NCBI GenBank assembly: GCA_973895155.1
Contig: OZ316895.1
Coordinates: 12,769,263 to 12,833,262, forward strand
Reading direction: 5' to 3'
DNA: 64,000 nt
From: Marsupella aquatica
Taxonomy: Eukaryota > Plantae > Marchantiophyta
Shown here: piece after piece, positions 13,066 through 26,272 of the stretch
How positions within the stretch are numbered: the stretch's first letter is position 1
Layout: each line of letters opens with the position of its first letter
The notes under the pieces: model-generated
Databases searched by the model: none
What the model saw: only the letters and a program-made list of their open reading frames with translations
What the model was told of the DNA's origin: nothing
Position numbers and translations under genes: made by a program

Positions 13066-13628
13066 GCGAGTAAAAAATGAGATGATACGTCCGTGCCCCA
13101 CATCTAAGACTGTTGTGGCACACATGGTCGGTTCTGTCCGGTAATTGTGGGACCGCGTTAGTATACCCCGCCTAGGACTCTACAAGGTTTTGAACTTTTA
13201 TGCGTGTATGATGGAATCTAAATAATATTTGTGATTTCTCATCATGTTATTGTTGTTTTTTAATCATAGAAGTTGTGATTGTCTTCACTGACCATGAGGT
13301 TGGGTCAGGTGAATTCGATGAAATTGCCTTTACCGCTTTTGGGTTCTACTGTAGATCCCCGGGCAGAGTTTCCCTCCTAAAAAGAAGAGCATTGGTGTTG
13401 TTTTCTGTTTAAGGCAAAAATACTCTGGGAGGGTTCCTCTTTTTCCAGGGCTTTCTGTGTGTTTGTTTTGCGGGGAGAGAAGGCAATGTTGAGTGAAAAA
13501 ATCAGAGCAAGGGTATATAGCTTTAGGATGCTTTTTGATGTCATAAGCGCAATCCAGCACTAACCACAATCACTGTCAGTTGGCCCTATATGGCCTTCTA
13601 GTATTAGGAGCAAAACATGAAATATATA

Positions 13629-13770
13629 TTTGATGGACCCCTAAATTGAAATGTCTTACTTGATAGACCCCATAAGATCTTATGAGTTTTTGGGTAAATT
13701 GATTTGAGATCTATCAATGTCTGGATCACTCATGGGTCCGCCAAGAAACACTTTGCATTTTGGGGTCCAT
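13629..13770. mobile_element. ~145-bp MITE-like repeat, copy C
   Basis: Ends TTTGATGGACCCCTAAA ... TTTTGGGGTCCAT. Confidence 0.55.
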
Positions 13771-14656
13771 ATTTGAAATAAGATTTGTCCATTTTCTATG
13801 GGGCAAAGGGTAAATGCCCTAATGCTTCATAAGAGAGTGGATGAGGGGGGGGGAGCGGGGAATGACATGGAAAGGACTGAAAGTAGGAAGCAACTGATGA
13901 CTACGGAGAGTCCTTAAATTGACGTGATTCTTGAGAGTCCTTTGCAAGTTCTTAAAGTGGAGGTTCACCCTAAAGCTGCAAAGAGTCTGGAGTGCGAAAA
14001 GCTGCAAAGGAAATTTAAAGAATGGTGTAGAGCAACTCAATCATTCAAAAGGAATGCTCATTTGGAAAAAAAAGAAAAGTTAGTTGAGAATAACATTTAT
14101 GGTAAAATTTCTTTCAAGTTCTGTCCCCTTTAGATTGGTTTTCCCCGCTCGTTACGAAGAGAAAAGGGACATCTGATGTCCATTTAGTACCCAGCTAAGA
14201 AATCTTTACACATCAAAGCTCGTAACATCCCCGTCGCTAAAGCAAAGACACATTAACCGTTAGATCCTTTAGAGGACAATTATTCTTCGTCTTTAAGACC
14301 CCCTTTCCTGAGCCGCCTTTTTCATTAATGACAGTTTCCATAACGTGACTATGGGGGGTTTTCTTTTGCTGACAAGAAGGAGGAAAAAAAAGTCCAAAAA
14401 TAAAAGCAAGGAAACAAACAAGAAATCCTGACCACTTTTTTCCAAGTTGCGGGAAAAAACTAGCTTTCACCCGCCTAAAAAGTATTAGCCGCTTTTGGTG
14501 CTAAGTTCATTTTGTCGTCCATTAGCCAGTGTCCATATGACCTTAGACTCCATAGTGAGGATCTTCAAATAATCCTTAAATCTAAGGGATCTGACACTTA
14601 AAAATGAATAAAATCTAATTTAATAAAGAAGATTCTCAACATCTTTTCCTTTGCCC

Positions 14657-14752
14657 CAGGTGACATTCGCCCCCCTAGGAAAAAGAATTAAGCTGGTAGG
14701 GACTCAGGTGACATTCGCCCCCCTAGGAAAAAGAATTAAGCTGGTAGGGACT
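14657..14752. repeat. Near-perfect ~48-bp tandem duplication
   Basis: CAGGTGACATTCGCCCCCCTAGGAAAAAGAATTAAGCTGGTAGGGACT occurs twice. Confidence 0.9.
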
Positions 14753-15123
14753 CCTTGTCGTATGGGCAGGTAGGACTTACGGAGGAGCTGATGGACGGTG
14801 GACGGTACAGTACTTGGAGGTACAGAAGTTGATGTTGGTCGGTGAGGATCTCCCGTTGGAAATATTATTATTGGAGCGCTCTGGGGACTGCTGGAAATCT
14901 ATGGATGGATGCTTGGACGGTGGAAGGACGGATCGTAATAAGTTGGGAAATTGATAGATGGATAGATACAGTAGGTGTACAGTAGGGATATGGACCTGCA
15001 ATCATCTCAATTGTTGGCAAATCTGAAATCTACGAGATTTTGTTCCAAAGCTCAAATTGAGTGAACTGTGACAGCACTGGGCACTGATGTCCAGTGAAGC
15101 CTAGGGTTCCTATCGCCTGGATT

Positions 15124-15376
15124 TCTGGGAGTGAAGTACCCCACCTGGTTCCCCCTCACATCCAGAAGTCTCTTAGTGAGGGACTGTAACTCATTTACTG
15201 ACCCATTTATTGATTAAGTAATATATAACATTCACAAAAGAACAAAAAGCGCAAATGTCTGGGAGTGAAGTACCCCACCACCATCCCTCTCGCTTCCCAA
15301 GAGTATCTTAGTGAGGGACTGTAGCTCATTTACTGATTAAGTAATATATAACATTCACAAAGAATAAGAAGCGCGA
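15124..15376. repeat. Diverged ~130-bp tandem duplication
   Basis: GGGAGTGAAGTACCCCACC...TCTTAGTGAGGGACTGTA...TAAGTAATATATAACATTCACAAA occurs twice. Confidence 0.85.
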
Positions 15377-16808
15377 AACCTAAGACAGGAGACAGGATGC
15401 CAAAGGAAATTGACCCTTTAGGGAGTGTAAATAATGATGGCTTTTGACCATAATAAAATGGTCATCGCTTTTTAACAGGGTTTTTGTTAAATTTTGTTCT
15501 TTTCACTAGCCTCCAAATCTATGGTCAGTATTATTATCAGCCTTTATGGCAAAAATTTCTGGATCATGACTTTAGTGGTCCATAATTTTATGTCTGTAGC
15601 CCTAACTATTATACTTCTCGTGACACCTACGATCTCACATTGGTCTATCAAATTTGGCGACAGACCCCCTAATAAATAGGAGAAAAGCTTTGGGAAGGCC
15701 AGAGATCCATAGGGCCCAAGAGGCCTCACATTTGCAAAAAAAACCAACACCCTACCGGGCAGGAAAAGTGACAAAACTTGAGACGGCAGTAGTGTTGGTG
15801 ATCAAATCGTGTTGGCTCCTAAGTGGTGTGCACAATGACGATTACCTGGATATCAAATTACTGAAGAGGAACTCTAGTTGACATAATAGAAAAAGTAATA
15901 GAAACATAGTGAAAAAGGGTGTACTAGTATAACCAACTACATTGTACAAGATGGTATAAACAAGCTATATAATATTACATGGTGAAAACATAGTATAACA
16001 CATGTAACTGCATCACTCCGAATAGTGTTGGTAGTGATGGCAAAAATGGGGACAGCAATGTGGCTTGATCCTAAGAGTCTTCTATCTGAAGGGATGCCCT
16101 TATGTATGTGTATGTATATATACTAGCCCGACTGGACATTCTTTAAACATAATTAGATTTACATTAAAGCTCACCATTTTTCAGACTCCTTGCACTCCAT
16201 TCTCGTTTTGCACCCACATTTTCCATAAACTCACCTGGTTTTGTACCCACTTTTCGAATTAAGTTATCCAAGGTCACTGTCTGGAGGCTTCACTCTATGT
16301 AGACTATAGGCCTTGAAGAGTAGTTCTGAATCAGGATTATATAGTTACTAGCCTCAACTACCCATTTTTTGATCCTGAATAGCAAGGAAGACAATAAAAA
16401 TGTCACCAAAACTTATTCACAATTTTTGAAGGTTAATGAAGCGATAAATAATCATGATGTTTGTCATCATTCTAATAATGATACATAACATATCATACTC
16501 TTTTCTATGTACATATGTTATGGTGGGGCAATAGAGCTCATTTTTAGCATAAATAGAAATTAGACAAAAATTATGCATGATTATCATTGGACATACATCA
16601 TAGTCATGAGTTTTCTCATCCAAATGATGAGCCATGGAATTACCCTCTAGAGGCTTCACTCTAGAAGCCTAAGCCCAACTCTAGCTTGTAGTTGGCTCTT
16701 TATAAGTAAGATGTTCATTTATGATTACAAGTCTTTTAATAGAAAATGAGTTCTACAAGTGTGGTTCTCTTGCTGTGGATTATTGGCACATGAGATGAAA
16801 TGGGACTA

Positions 16809-17848
16809 CCGTCTTCCCCTGAACACAAGGCCCGGGCACTATATTCCAACAGTGCGCCAACGGGTGCTCTATTCGAATATAGTGCCTAGGGCGTTGTGTT
16901 TGAGTTTGAAGTCAATGTTTTCATTTTTTGGACTTGTGGCGTTGTGTTCAAAATGTGGCGTTGTGTTCAAAATGTGGCGTTGTGTTCAAATTTACGGTAA
17001 TGTGCTTGATTTTTGGCTTTGTGAAATGCATGTAGGGTGTAAGTAGGAATGATAGGCATAGAAGTTATGTGTATTAGAGAGGGGTGTGTTCAAATTTAGG
17101 TTTTTTGACGTCCCAACAATATTTGCTCAGGTCAAAGGATGTGTAGCTAAATAACTGAACCACTGAAATAACACAAGGGGAGAAATCAAATTTGCAATAG
17201 AAAACAAAACCTGACAAACCATACATACCAAGTGTACTAGTATCACTTAGTAAAACATATTCGTCCACTTTTCACAGTATATTGGTTTAGTGTGGCCAAT
17301 TTGCTCGTTTCTATTATTTAATCTTCTTCATGCAGCCAGCTGGAATGCTTGTGAGACTTCTTTGTTTCTATTGGAGTGCCTTGATCTTGAGGGCAATGGA
17401 CAATTGGAAATAGTGAAAGTGAGTCATCAGACCTAATTATGCACATAGGCACTATGGGTTTTTTTGACAAGACGTCGTGGCGTCAATCAGAGGTTGATGT
17501 GAAAGTCCGTTGAAAGTTCACATAGCAGAAAAATATATCGATACTTCTGGATAGCTGCTTAACAATTGGGAAACAACACACTTCTCCGAGAATGAAGGAG
17601 TTTTAAATTAGCTTACATTTCTCAAAGGACGATGGATTTCGTAAGTTGAAAGTGCGGACATGTCGAACGATTTTAAGTAACATATTGTAGTTGCAACCAA
17701 GTTACCTTTCTCCTATTAATAGTCACTTGTGCACATTTTCAAACACAAAGTCAATTTGAACACAGCGCCCGTGCGATGTGTTAATATGGCGCTGTGTTTG
17801 AGTGAAAACGTTTTTTTGCCTAAAGTCCCTGTTTTCGGGGGAAGACAG
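16809..17848. mobile_element. Non-autonomous Tc1/mariner (pogo-like) derivative, ~1.04 kb
   Basis: TA|CCGTCTTCCCCTGAACAC at left and GTTTTCGGGGGAAGACAG|TA at right (imperfect TIRs, TA TSD); subterminal GTGGCGTTGTGTTCAAA repeats; no intact ORF. Confidence 0.7.
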
Positions 17849-18699
17849 TAGGCTGACTGGCCAGGCTTTGCTTAGACCATTTGTTGGTTGCCATCCCAAC
17901 CTGTTGCCTCACCCTGAAACTTGCTGCCGCCCTAGACTCACCATCTAGAGGCTTCACTTTAGACCATAAGCTCTAGAAGGTAGCTTTCCATCACAAACCA
18001 TCACTTAGATTTCTAACCCCCTTGCCGGCCTCCTACCAGTCCCTCCATCCATCCATCTGTTTTTTCCAGCAGTGCACTTGTCAATCCATTCTTTGAACTG
18101 TCCATTGCGCCAGTCAGTTGCCCTTTGTATCTTCCATCCATGGCCCCTCCAGTCGGTCCACCCATCCATGCAATAATCCATTCACAGGGTAACCATGGAG
18201 CAACATAATTATCCTCCATATTCTTATCCACTAATATATTTTATAAGACTATTATTGGTACGTGATCATCTGAAAGTGATTCTCCAATGGACCAAACTAC
18301 ACATGCAGAAATAGAGTTTACCGTAATCCATAAGGTTTGCATAAATCTATGGAGGCTTCTGGCAAACCTGGAGGTCTATCCAGGCCTCAATTCATCCTAC
18401 CTGGGATATAAAAGTGTGGCTTCTTTGATCCCATCGCTATTACGCATCACATGGTCACTCAATAATAATTAAAAAAACCAGAAAGAATTTACGCTGATAC
18501 GCTCTGTCAATAATTTCTGCCCTTGCCTTGGCCGGGTGTCAGTCCTCCCGCCGTTCCCCTGTCCGTCCATCCATCCATCCATTGTTCCATCCCTCCTGTC
18601 CTTCCAGTCAGTCAGGTCTGGCTTTCTACAGTTCTACAGTTCTACAGGATGTCCGTGAATCTCATCATTCCGCCCAACCGACCATCCATCTGCCCGGCT

Positions 18700-19150
18700 A
18701 CGTCCCGAGGAGTATCATTCTGCCGAACCGGCCGCCCGCCCTTTGCCCCGCTTGCTGCCCGAGAAGCATCACCCTGCCCGAGGGGAGTGCTGCCCGATAA
18801 TCATCACCCTGCCCAAGGGGAGTGCTGCCCGATAATACCACCCTGCCCCAGGGGAGTGCTGCCCAAGAACCATAACCCTGCCCGGCTCGGTGCCCTATAA
18901 TCATTACCCTATCCAAGTGAGGGCTGCCCGGCTTGGTACCCAAGAACCATCACTCTGCCCGAAGGGCGTGCTGCCCGGCTTGAGCCCGAGAATCATCACC
19001 CTGACCGAAGCGAGGTCTGCCCCGGCTTAGTGCCCGAGAATCTTCACCCTGCCCGAAGAATGGAGGGCTGCCCGGCTGGGTGCCCGCGAATCACCACCCT
19101 GCCCGAAGAAGGGAGGCCTCTCGGCCTGCCTAGGAGAGGGCTGCCCGGGA
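18700..19150. repeat. GC-rich minisatellite, ~10 units of 33-44 bp (GCTGCCCG...GAATCATCACCCTGCCCGA)
   Basis: Recurrent CTGCCCG and ATCACCCTGCCC motifs visible directly. Confidence 0.85.
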
Positions 19151-20641
19151 GGAGATCAAGGCGCGAGGTGAGGGGCAGAGGCGAGGCAGTCGCAACACCT
19201 TCCCGTTCCGCTCGCGCCACACGGAGAAGTCAGAAGTGAGAACAGAGACTAGAGAGAGCGTTTTCGCTCTGCGCTCTGTCTTCTGTCTTCTGCAGTAGTA
19301 CTGGTCGTCTGCTACTGTCGTTTCGTCGTCTGCTACTGTCGTTTCGTCGTCGGCCTCTGTTTCGGGAGGTGACGACAGAAAACAACAGACTGACAAATCA
19401 CTCACTCGACTCTGAACTCTGAACCTCGTCCGTCCTTTCCTCGATTTCTGGCAATCTGTTCCTTTCTATAATTCTATTCCTCTCCTGACTCCTCCCCTGG
19501 AGCCCTCCCCTCCCCTCGTTTCCTTCGGTTTCTGTAGTTCTGTCAACTCATCTCCCCTCCTCTCTATACTCGGATGATCGAGGAAAGACCAGTCCTTCAG
19601 CTTCGGGTTCTCTGATGGTTGGTTGTGGGTTGTTCGTACTCGAGTGCCCCCACGAGTGATTGGCAACTTGTGCTCAGTACTAGTACACCCGTCCATCGAT
19701 AGCGCGAGCGAGCTGACGACGACTTGAGTTTTAGCCTGAGGGTGATGATCTTCACTCGGCTTCGAGAGTGGACGTTTAGTGGGTTCTAGTTCTTAGGAGC
19801 GCATTTGGAGGAGGTGGGACGTCGTCGTCTTCTTTGCTGCTGAAGAAGGAAGCTGAAGAGGTGCATGCCTTTGTAATGTATGGGGAGTGTCGGAGCCTCG
19901 CATCGCCTCGATTTCGCCTTCGAAAGTAGCCTCTCGTGACCTCTCGCGGTGCACTTGTCGATTGAGGTATGAATTTTCTGTCTTTCCGTTGGCGTAACGT
20001 TGAAAGTGGCTGTAATGTGCGTCGTGAGGGTCCTAGGGTTTTGTTGGGCACTTCCACGAGTGGGCAACTCCGCTGACCTTGAGTAGAGATGCCTTTAATC
20101 AATTCTATGCTCTCAACTCTCAAGGCCGAGCTTTCTAAATCTCAGTTGGAGCTGAACAGATTCGATAGCCATGTTCGCCACCTCTGGTCTGCAATTCTTC
20201 GTTTCACGTCGATCGGTTGGATCGATGCCTTCTCTTCATCGTACAAGCCACTTCAGCAAATTAAACTTATCTCTAAAGGTTGTCTTCCGTGCAAACGAAG
20301 GCCTGGATACAAGAATACTGTCCTCAGCCCGTTCATTACGGTCTCTGAGCTTGTAACAACCTGTTCTCACCACTGGCATTGCATTGTGGAAGTCCTCATC
20401 TCCTCGCTCAAGATCAATGCACTGTTACCGCTTGGGTACTTGCTGTCGTCGTTGTTTTACTCATCTGGTTGTCTGATTGGTAGCAAGACATTCAATCATT
20501 GGGACCGGGACTGTTCTGTAGTGAAGCCAGCTACTGTTAGGTTTGTAGCCTGTGTCGAAGTTAGCTTAGTGACACAGCGAATTTGTGGTGTCTCTGCAGG
20601 GCTGATCAGGGCAAGGAGAGAGATCTGCCGCAGCTTTCATC

Positions 20642-23600
20642 ATGGCGTCCAGCGACGCGCAGTTCTTTCCATCGCACCACTTGTCGCAGCATTTGTCCCA
20701 CCATATGTCTGGGTCGGGAATGTCTGGGTCGCCATACGGACAGCATCACATGTCGGGGAATTCCAGGCCCCCAATGGATCGGAGGGGTTTGATCGGGTCT
20801 CATGGCCGCAGCAATTCCAGTCTTTCTTCTCGGACTCACTTGGTCATCCAGGAAATTGAGAGGCTCAAATCTGAGAACGAAAGGATGAAGAAAGCCTCTG
20901 GAGCATTCGAGCTGCAGCAGTATTCTTCGAATCCGCAACAGTATGCAGCAGACACGAAGGCGCGCCGTGAAGAAATTAAAATGATGATCATGAGGGCTCA
21001 GGAGCTGGACCTATGCTTTCTGCTCGATGCGACAGCGAGCATGCAGGTTAACATTTCCGCCCATCCGTCTCGCATTGTACAGCTTCACTTGTGACGTTGT
21101 TGTTGGCTTTCTGCAAGGCGTGTTTTCCGTCAATGCGGGTGCTTTCACTGTACCCATCGTCCGGTTCTGGTTCCGGTTCCTGTGCCCTTGCCCTCGCTTA
21201 GCAAATCAATGTTTTGCTACAGTGGAGCGGAATATGTTGTCTTTCTCTTCGCATTTCTTTCAGCACTATAACAGATATATATTTCAGCACTAGAACAGAA
21301 GTATATTTCTGTTCTGTTCTAGTAATTTGAAGCTGTCTCGAATGAAGACACCTGCTTTTAGACGTTTGACACCTGCGGACTACTCCAAATGTTGAGGACT
21401 TTTGGAGTCGAAGCACTGTTCTCTTATCCACCTACATCCTACAAAAGCTGGGAAGGGAGTGGAGCTCTGTGTCCTTGTCTGGACATTGAGCTACTTCTGT
21501 TGAGTACTTTATCTCTCTCGATGTCCCAGTGGCAGACCGTACCATGTAGATGAGAGATCTTGTGTGGTGGGGCAGAAACTCCTCTCGAGGAGTGGGAAAT
21601 TGGTAAGTGCGTTTGGCTCGAAAGTTTTCCGTTGGGTATCGGGAATTAGTGTCGCTGTTTGCGCCCGAGAGACCTGCTGATATGACCGTCGAGCCGTACT
21701 CGTAACGTCCCTTCTACTTCGTGTTTCTGTTGTACTTGTCTGCTTCAGCGAACTCGTCCCAGGGGAACATCATGGTGCAAGGGTCTTAAGTGGACATGGT
21801 GTCATTTGTTCGTCACATTCTTTCCGGTGATGTGGTCTGAGATCAGAGGTCATTCTACAGGACGAAATTCGTGTGAGCTAGAGGCTTTGTTTCGCGCAGG
21901 GCAGATAACGCACGTTGAAGTCTGATGTATGCTTTGTGAACGTCCCGGCCATATGGCACCGCCTTGCCACACACGTCTTTGGAGACGTGAATCACTAGTG
22001 ACATCGCGAAGGATCTCACTTTAGGCTGTGAATGGATGCAGGACTCTATCGATATGGTCAAGGATAAGGTGGCGGCCATGGCTTCTGGCATCAATGCTGC
22101 ATATCCCGAGTGTAGCTTGCGGGTATCTTTCGTTCTCTACCGAGATTACGACGATCCGAACACGGACAGCGACAAAGGTTGCAACTTCACCACCGACTTC
22201 AGTGGATCCAAGAGCACTTTCATTAGAGCCCTGTCTTCAGTGAAAGCCAAAGGAGGAGCAGATGCTGCTGAAGATGTCTTCACCGGACTGCAGCGGGTTG
22301 CAAACTTGGACTGGCTAGCTCGAAACCGTCTGCTGGTGCACATCTGCGATGCACCTTGCCATGGCACGCAATTCCACGATTTTCCAACTGGCAAGCTGGC
22401 GGAGTGGGACAATTATCCCCACGGTGACAAGTTTGGCAGAGACATCAAGAACCTCTTGAAGCAACTGCGTACACATTGTCAAGTCACCCATTACTACTTC
22501 TGTCATCTGAATGATGGCACGAAGAAAATGCTTCAGGAATTCAAGAAGGTCGTAGGGGAGGATGGGTGGATTGAAGAGGCTCACTTCCGGGACATCAAGA
22601 ACATTCCTCAGAACGTGGTCTCGATGTCTCGTAGCACTATCAGCAAGACCATGAGCAACTTATCCGCTGGCATTGGCAGTCATGCCAATGCATTCCATGG
22701 AACTCATTTTATCCCGGAGTCCGTCGTTCAAAGCAGACCCAACTGGGAGAGCATTGCCGTTTTGAAGGGTCAACAGTACAAGCACAAGTAAGTTTGCGCG
22801 ACCTGCTACTGGCCTCCCGTCAGATTGTTTGCAGAAGGGCAGGTGTGTTGTCAGGATAGTTGATACCATTACAATCTCAACGATTTCTCTAAGTGAATCC
22901 ATTGCTTTTCCCACCTACTAGTCTAATCTGGCCCAGGACTTGGGAGAAGAGTGATTGTGCTGTCGGGAGGGTCTCCTGATGTTTTGATAGCCGAAAACTC
23001 AACTGATGTATTCTACACAGGTGGTACCACTTCCTGGATGAGCTCATGAAGAAAATTAGCAACAGGGAGTCGTTCGAAGTCGAGGAGATGGATTCTCTGC
23101 TTGTCCAGATTTCCACGCACCCCTTTAGTGCAGAGGGAACCATGAGATGGCCCTATCATGCAGCGGTTCTTCAACCGGATCAGGCTGCCAGGTACGCGAA
23201 TAATGTTTTACATCTTAATGTGTAGGGATATAGCTCATCTCGACTGAAATAACTTGTGTCACCTGAATCCGTAGCTTGCTTTCTCAATTCTGGCATGTGG
23301 TCATACTCGGACTGAGAGGTCTAGTACTCTTGGGCTTTGCAGAAACATGGTCGTTAAGAGGTTCAAGGTTCCCTTTGGCCAAAGCGTACGACTTGTGCAC
23401 TCAAAAGAACGGTATCTTAGTCAAATGGAAGTGCAAACTGTGGCGGCGCACATGGCCCACGAGTTCAACCACAGGTAATCCTGGGAGGACACCTTACATG
23501 ATCAGGCGTGCTTCCGTGGTGTTTACATCTCGTTCTTTGTGTTTCTCCAGTACTTCCACAAACGGTTGTTTTAATTGCATCTCCGACACTAATCCGATGA

Positions 23601-24072
23601 CTAAACATTATTTTACAGGACTCAGTCTGGTGGTCTCCGCGGGGTGAAGAAGGTGGAGTTTACATTGGTCTCTACGTTGCAAGTGGGCTCTAAGATCTAC
23701 AACATGGAGAAGTTCTTGGAAGGGAACTGGATTAGGTACTCCAACAACGCTGGGTATGTTAACACGGCCGAGTACGCTGCGACTTTACAGGCTTTCACTC
23801 ACTGGACCCATGAGCGTTCAGGAGGCATGTTGATGGTGACCGATTTGCAAGGTGTGGCTCAACCAACTGGTAACGGTGGCAAGTACATGTTCTGGCTGTG
23901 CGATCCTTCGATCCATTGCCTCGATGTGATGCGTTTCACACGCACCAACTTAGGCGAAGATGGGTTCAAGCTTTTCTTCAATTCCCACAAGTGTAACGAT
24001 ATCTGCCGCCACCTTGGCCTGAAGGCTCCCAATGGATACAGCACAGTCGGCACACAAGTCGATTGTGACTGA
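20642..24072 (+). CDS. Coiled-coil + VWA + alpha-kinase (eEF2K/MHCK family) protein, ~635 aa; exons 20642-21046, 22042-22787, 23021-23191, 23343-23474, 23619-24072
   Basis: All four introns are GT-AG and the exons join in frame (1908 nt). VWA: DLCFLLDATASM (MIDAS-like), YRDY, GGADAAEDV, HICDAPCHG. Alpha-kinase: PFSAEGTMR, VVKRF, QTVAAHMAHEFN, MEKFLEG, YSNN, QAFTHWTHE, VTDLQGV, LCDPSIH, TNLGEDG, FFNSHKCNDICRHLGL. Confidence 0.92.
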
Positions 24073-26134
24073 TGAATGGGAGTCGCAGAGGTCTGTCTTT
24101 GTAGCGATATTGTTTGCGGCTGTATTTTGGTACCTTGTGCAGGCATGCACCTTTTATTGGGTGGAGGACGCTGTATTTTGTGGTTGGAGTCCGGCACGTC
24201 CACTCTAGTGGGGAAGGTTGACTGCACAGAGGATAATTACCTTCTTTCGGGAAGGTCACGGAAGACTTGTAGAGAGGTCTCGGAGGAGGAGCCATCCCTA
24301 TGTGTTGTGTAATTGTTGTTGGGAGATTGATAGGCACACTCCCTTTTTTGAAGAGGTGCTTGTTGTCGGATAGGTGAAGTGAATTGCTTTTCTTTAACGT
24401 TGAAAAGCAACCGATGATTTGTATATTTTAGATGACACTGTTAATATACTGTTTGAGGTAGAGATGTGGCGATGGAGGTTGCCACTAGGTGCAGTCAAAG
24501 ACCACAGGCATAAGACAGTGCAATGTCCTGTGTCGTCGAGATCAAAGAGCCATCAATGGAAGCGGAAGGAACGAGATCGGAGACACCAGCAAGGAAGTAA
24601 CAGAGATCTGAAATAGTTGAGGAGTTGGGGGTCTGAGCGCTAGCAGCTTGCTGTTCAATGGGGTGCTGGATGGTGGTGTTATCATCCGTTCTTTGGAGAG
24701 GCACATTAGTGCTTAGGGGGGATCTAGGACCTAGTTGGCTTTTTGTGAATAAGTAATTTCCAATTCTATGTCCAGGAAGGTGGTGAACACCCAGGTACAT
24801 AAGTATGTTAGTGATTTAGAGAAGTAGATCCTCTGTTTTATCTGGAGGGAGAGGACTTTGCATATGCGCCAGACTCGTTTCTTCTGTGAAGAGGACGACT
24901 ACGCATTGGCGGAATCCTAGCACTAGATGTTGCTATGTACTTCGAGGCGTTCCGACATATGTATTTCAATACCGCATTGGTGCATGGTATCTTGTTGGAA
25001 TCGAGCATCAACACAAGTTTGGTCTCACTGAATAAAAGGGAGTTTCAAACTTTACTTCAGACACCGTGAACCGGAGCTCGTTTTGTTGTGTCTTGTTCGA
25101 TTCAATCTGTGTACTTCACCGTTTTCTTATATGCATTCATCAATCATACAACATCGGTATCGGTTGTCATTATGAATGGATTCAAAACTATGGTATGGTG
25201 GTTTTACCTTTCTGAAAGGCAGGCGGTTGAATGGTCAATTCAATCATTGGCATGCCAACTCAGGAATATCCAGTTGTCGCTGACCTGGCCTACACGACGA
25301 GAAATCCTTTCTGGACACCATTCCGATCACATTATTCAGCCCGCCACATCAAATCATGGATCTCTGGAAGATGCTTTCTTCAATCTGGGAGCGAGGGTAA
25401 ACAACCAGAGAGCAAGATTCTCTCCTCTTTAGTTATAGAACAATTATATAGAAAATCATATAAAAGATCAGGGCTGTGAATGAATAGTGTTCTTACAGAG
25501 CATGCGCCTCCTTAAAGTGACGTTTTGGTAGTTTGCAAAATTTCCGCCATGGCGCTAGAGGAAACCACGAGTATATTGATCGCTAGTCTTGTATGGAACT
25601 AGTCGAAATCCAAACTTGCGTGAGTCAACTTTATCACGAAAGGTCAGAATTAATGAAATCAACAGCCTGTGTACAGTGAGAATGACTTTAGCTTGTGTCG
25701 CGCCAGAGATGCAAATGCGATAGAGCCTTTCTTTAGTGGTTTTCAGCACACAGCAAAGCGACGGTACGGCACTGCGTGGACTCACTTTCACTCCAGCATC
25801 AATCAATCTCTCCTGAAATTCCTCAAACATTGGAGTGGAGGTACTCACACTTCGTTGGTGCAGTTATTCCTGTATCGATCAATCTTACTAGGAACGCCTT
25901 CCCAAAAACACAGGAGCGTTCGCAGACTTGGCCGCACTTCACACCTTTGCAACTTCATCAGCATAATCCCTTCCTGTTCCAAAATGTATACTAAGAATTG
26001 TCCATTGTTATGCGGACGTCATCGGTTACAGTGAAAAATTCCCTGACGACACGACAGGACGTAGACTGTTGCGTTTATGAACTTCGCATGCTCTGATCAT
26101 GTGCACGATGCGAACATTTTTTTTTTCCTTCAAA

Positions 26135-26272
26135 ACCGAAAGCAAGCCCATCCAACAGAGGATAGACGTCCTGCTCTGGAGCATGCATTCCGAAAGCAAG
26201 CCCATCCATCAGAGGATAGACGTCCTGCTGTGGAGCATGCATTTCTAGACGTCCTGCTGTGGAGCATGCATT
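26135..26272. repeat. Short tandem repeats (CGAAAGCAAGCCCATCCA.CAGAGGATAGACGTCCTGCT.TGGAGCATGCATT x2, plus a partial unit)
   Basis: Directly visible. Confidence 0.85.

Noticed and set aside
13040-13110. TCCCACATC resembling the plant snRNA upstream sequence element
   Set aside because: Part of a local tandem repeat; no properly spaced TATA box or recognisable snRNA follows.
18523-19239. Repeat array as CRISPR or as Pro/Arg-rich coding ORFs
   Set aside because: Degenerate tandem units without unique spacers, eukaryotic context, no cas genes; the ORFs are by-products of GC-rich repeats.
20089-20859. 256-aa ORF overlapping the alpha-kinase start
   Set aside because: No recognisable motifs; most of it lies in a probable 5' UTR intron (acceptor at 20599) and the rest is out of frame with the real CDS.
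25555-26040. Possible small minus-strand exons (GRDYADEVAK; MFEEFQERLIDAGVK)
   Set aside because: Candidate splice sites do not give a consistent open frame and no homology is recognised.
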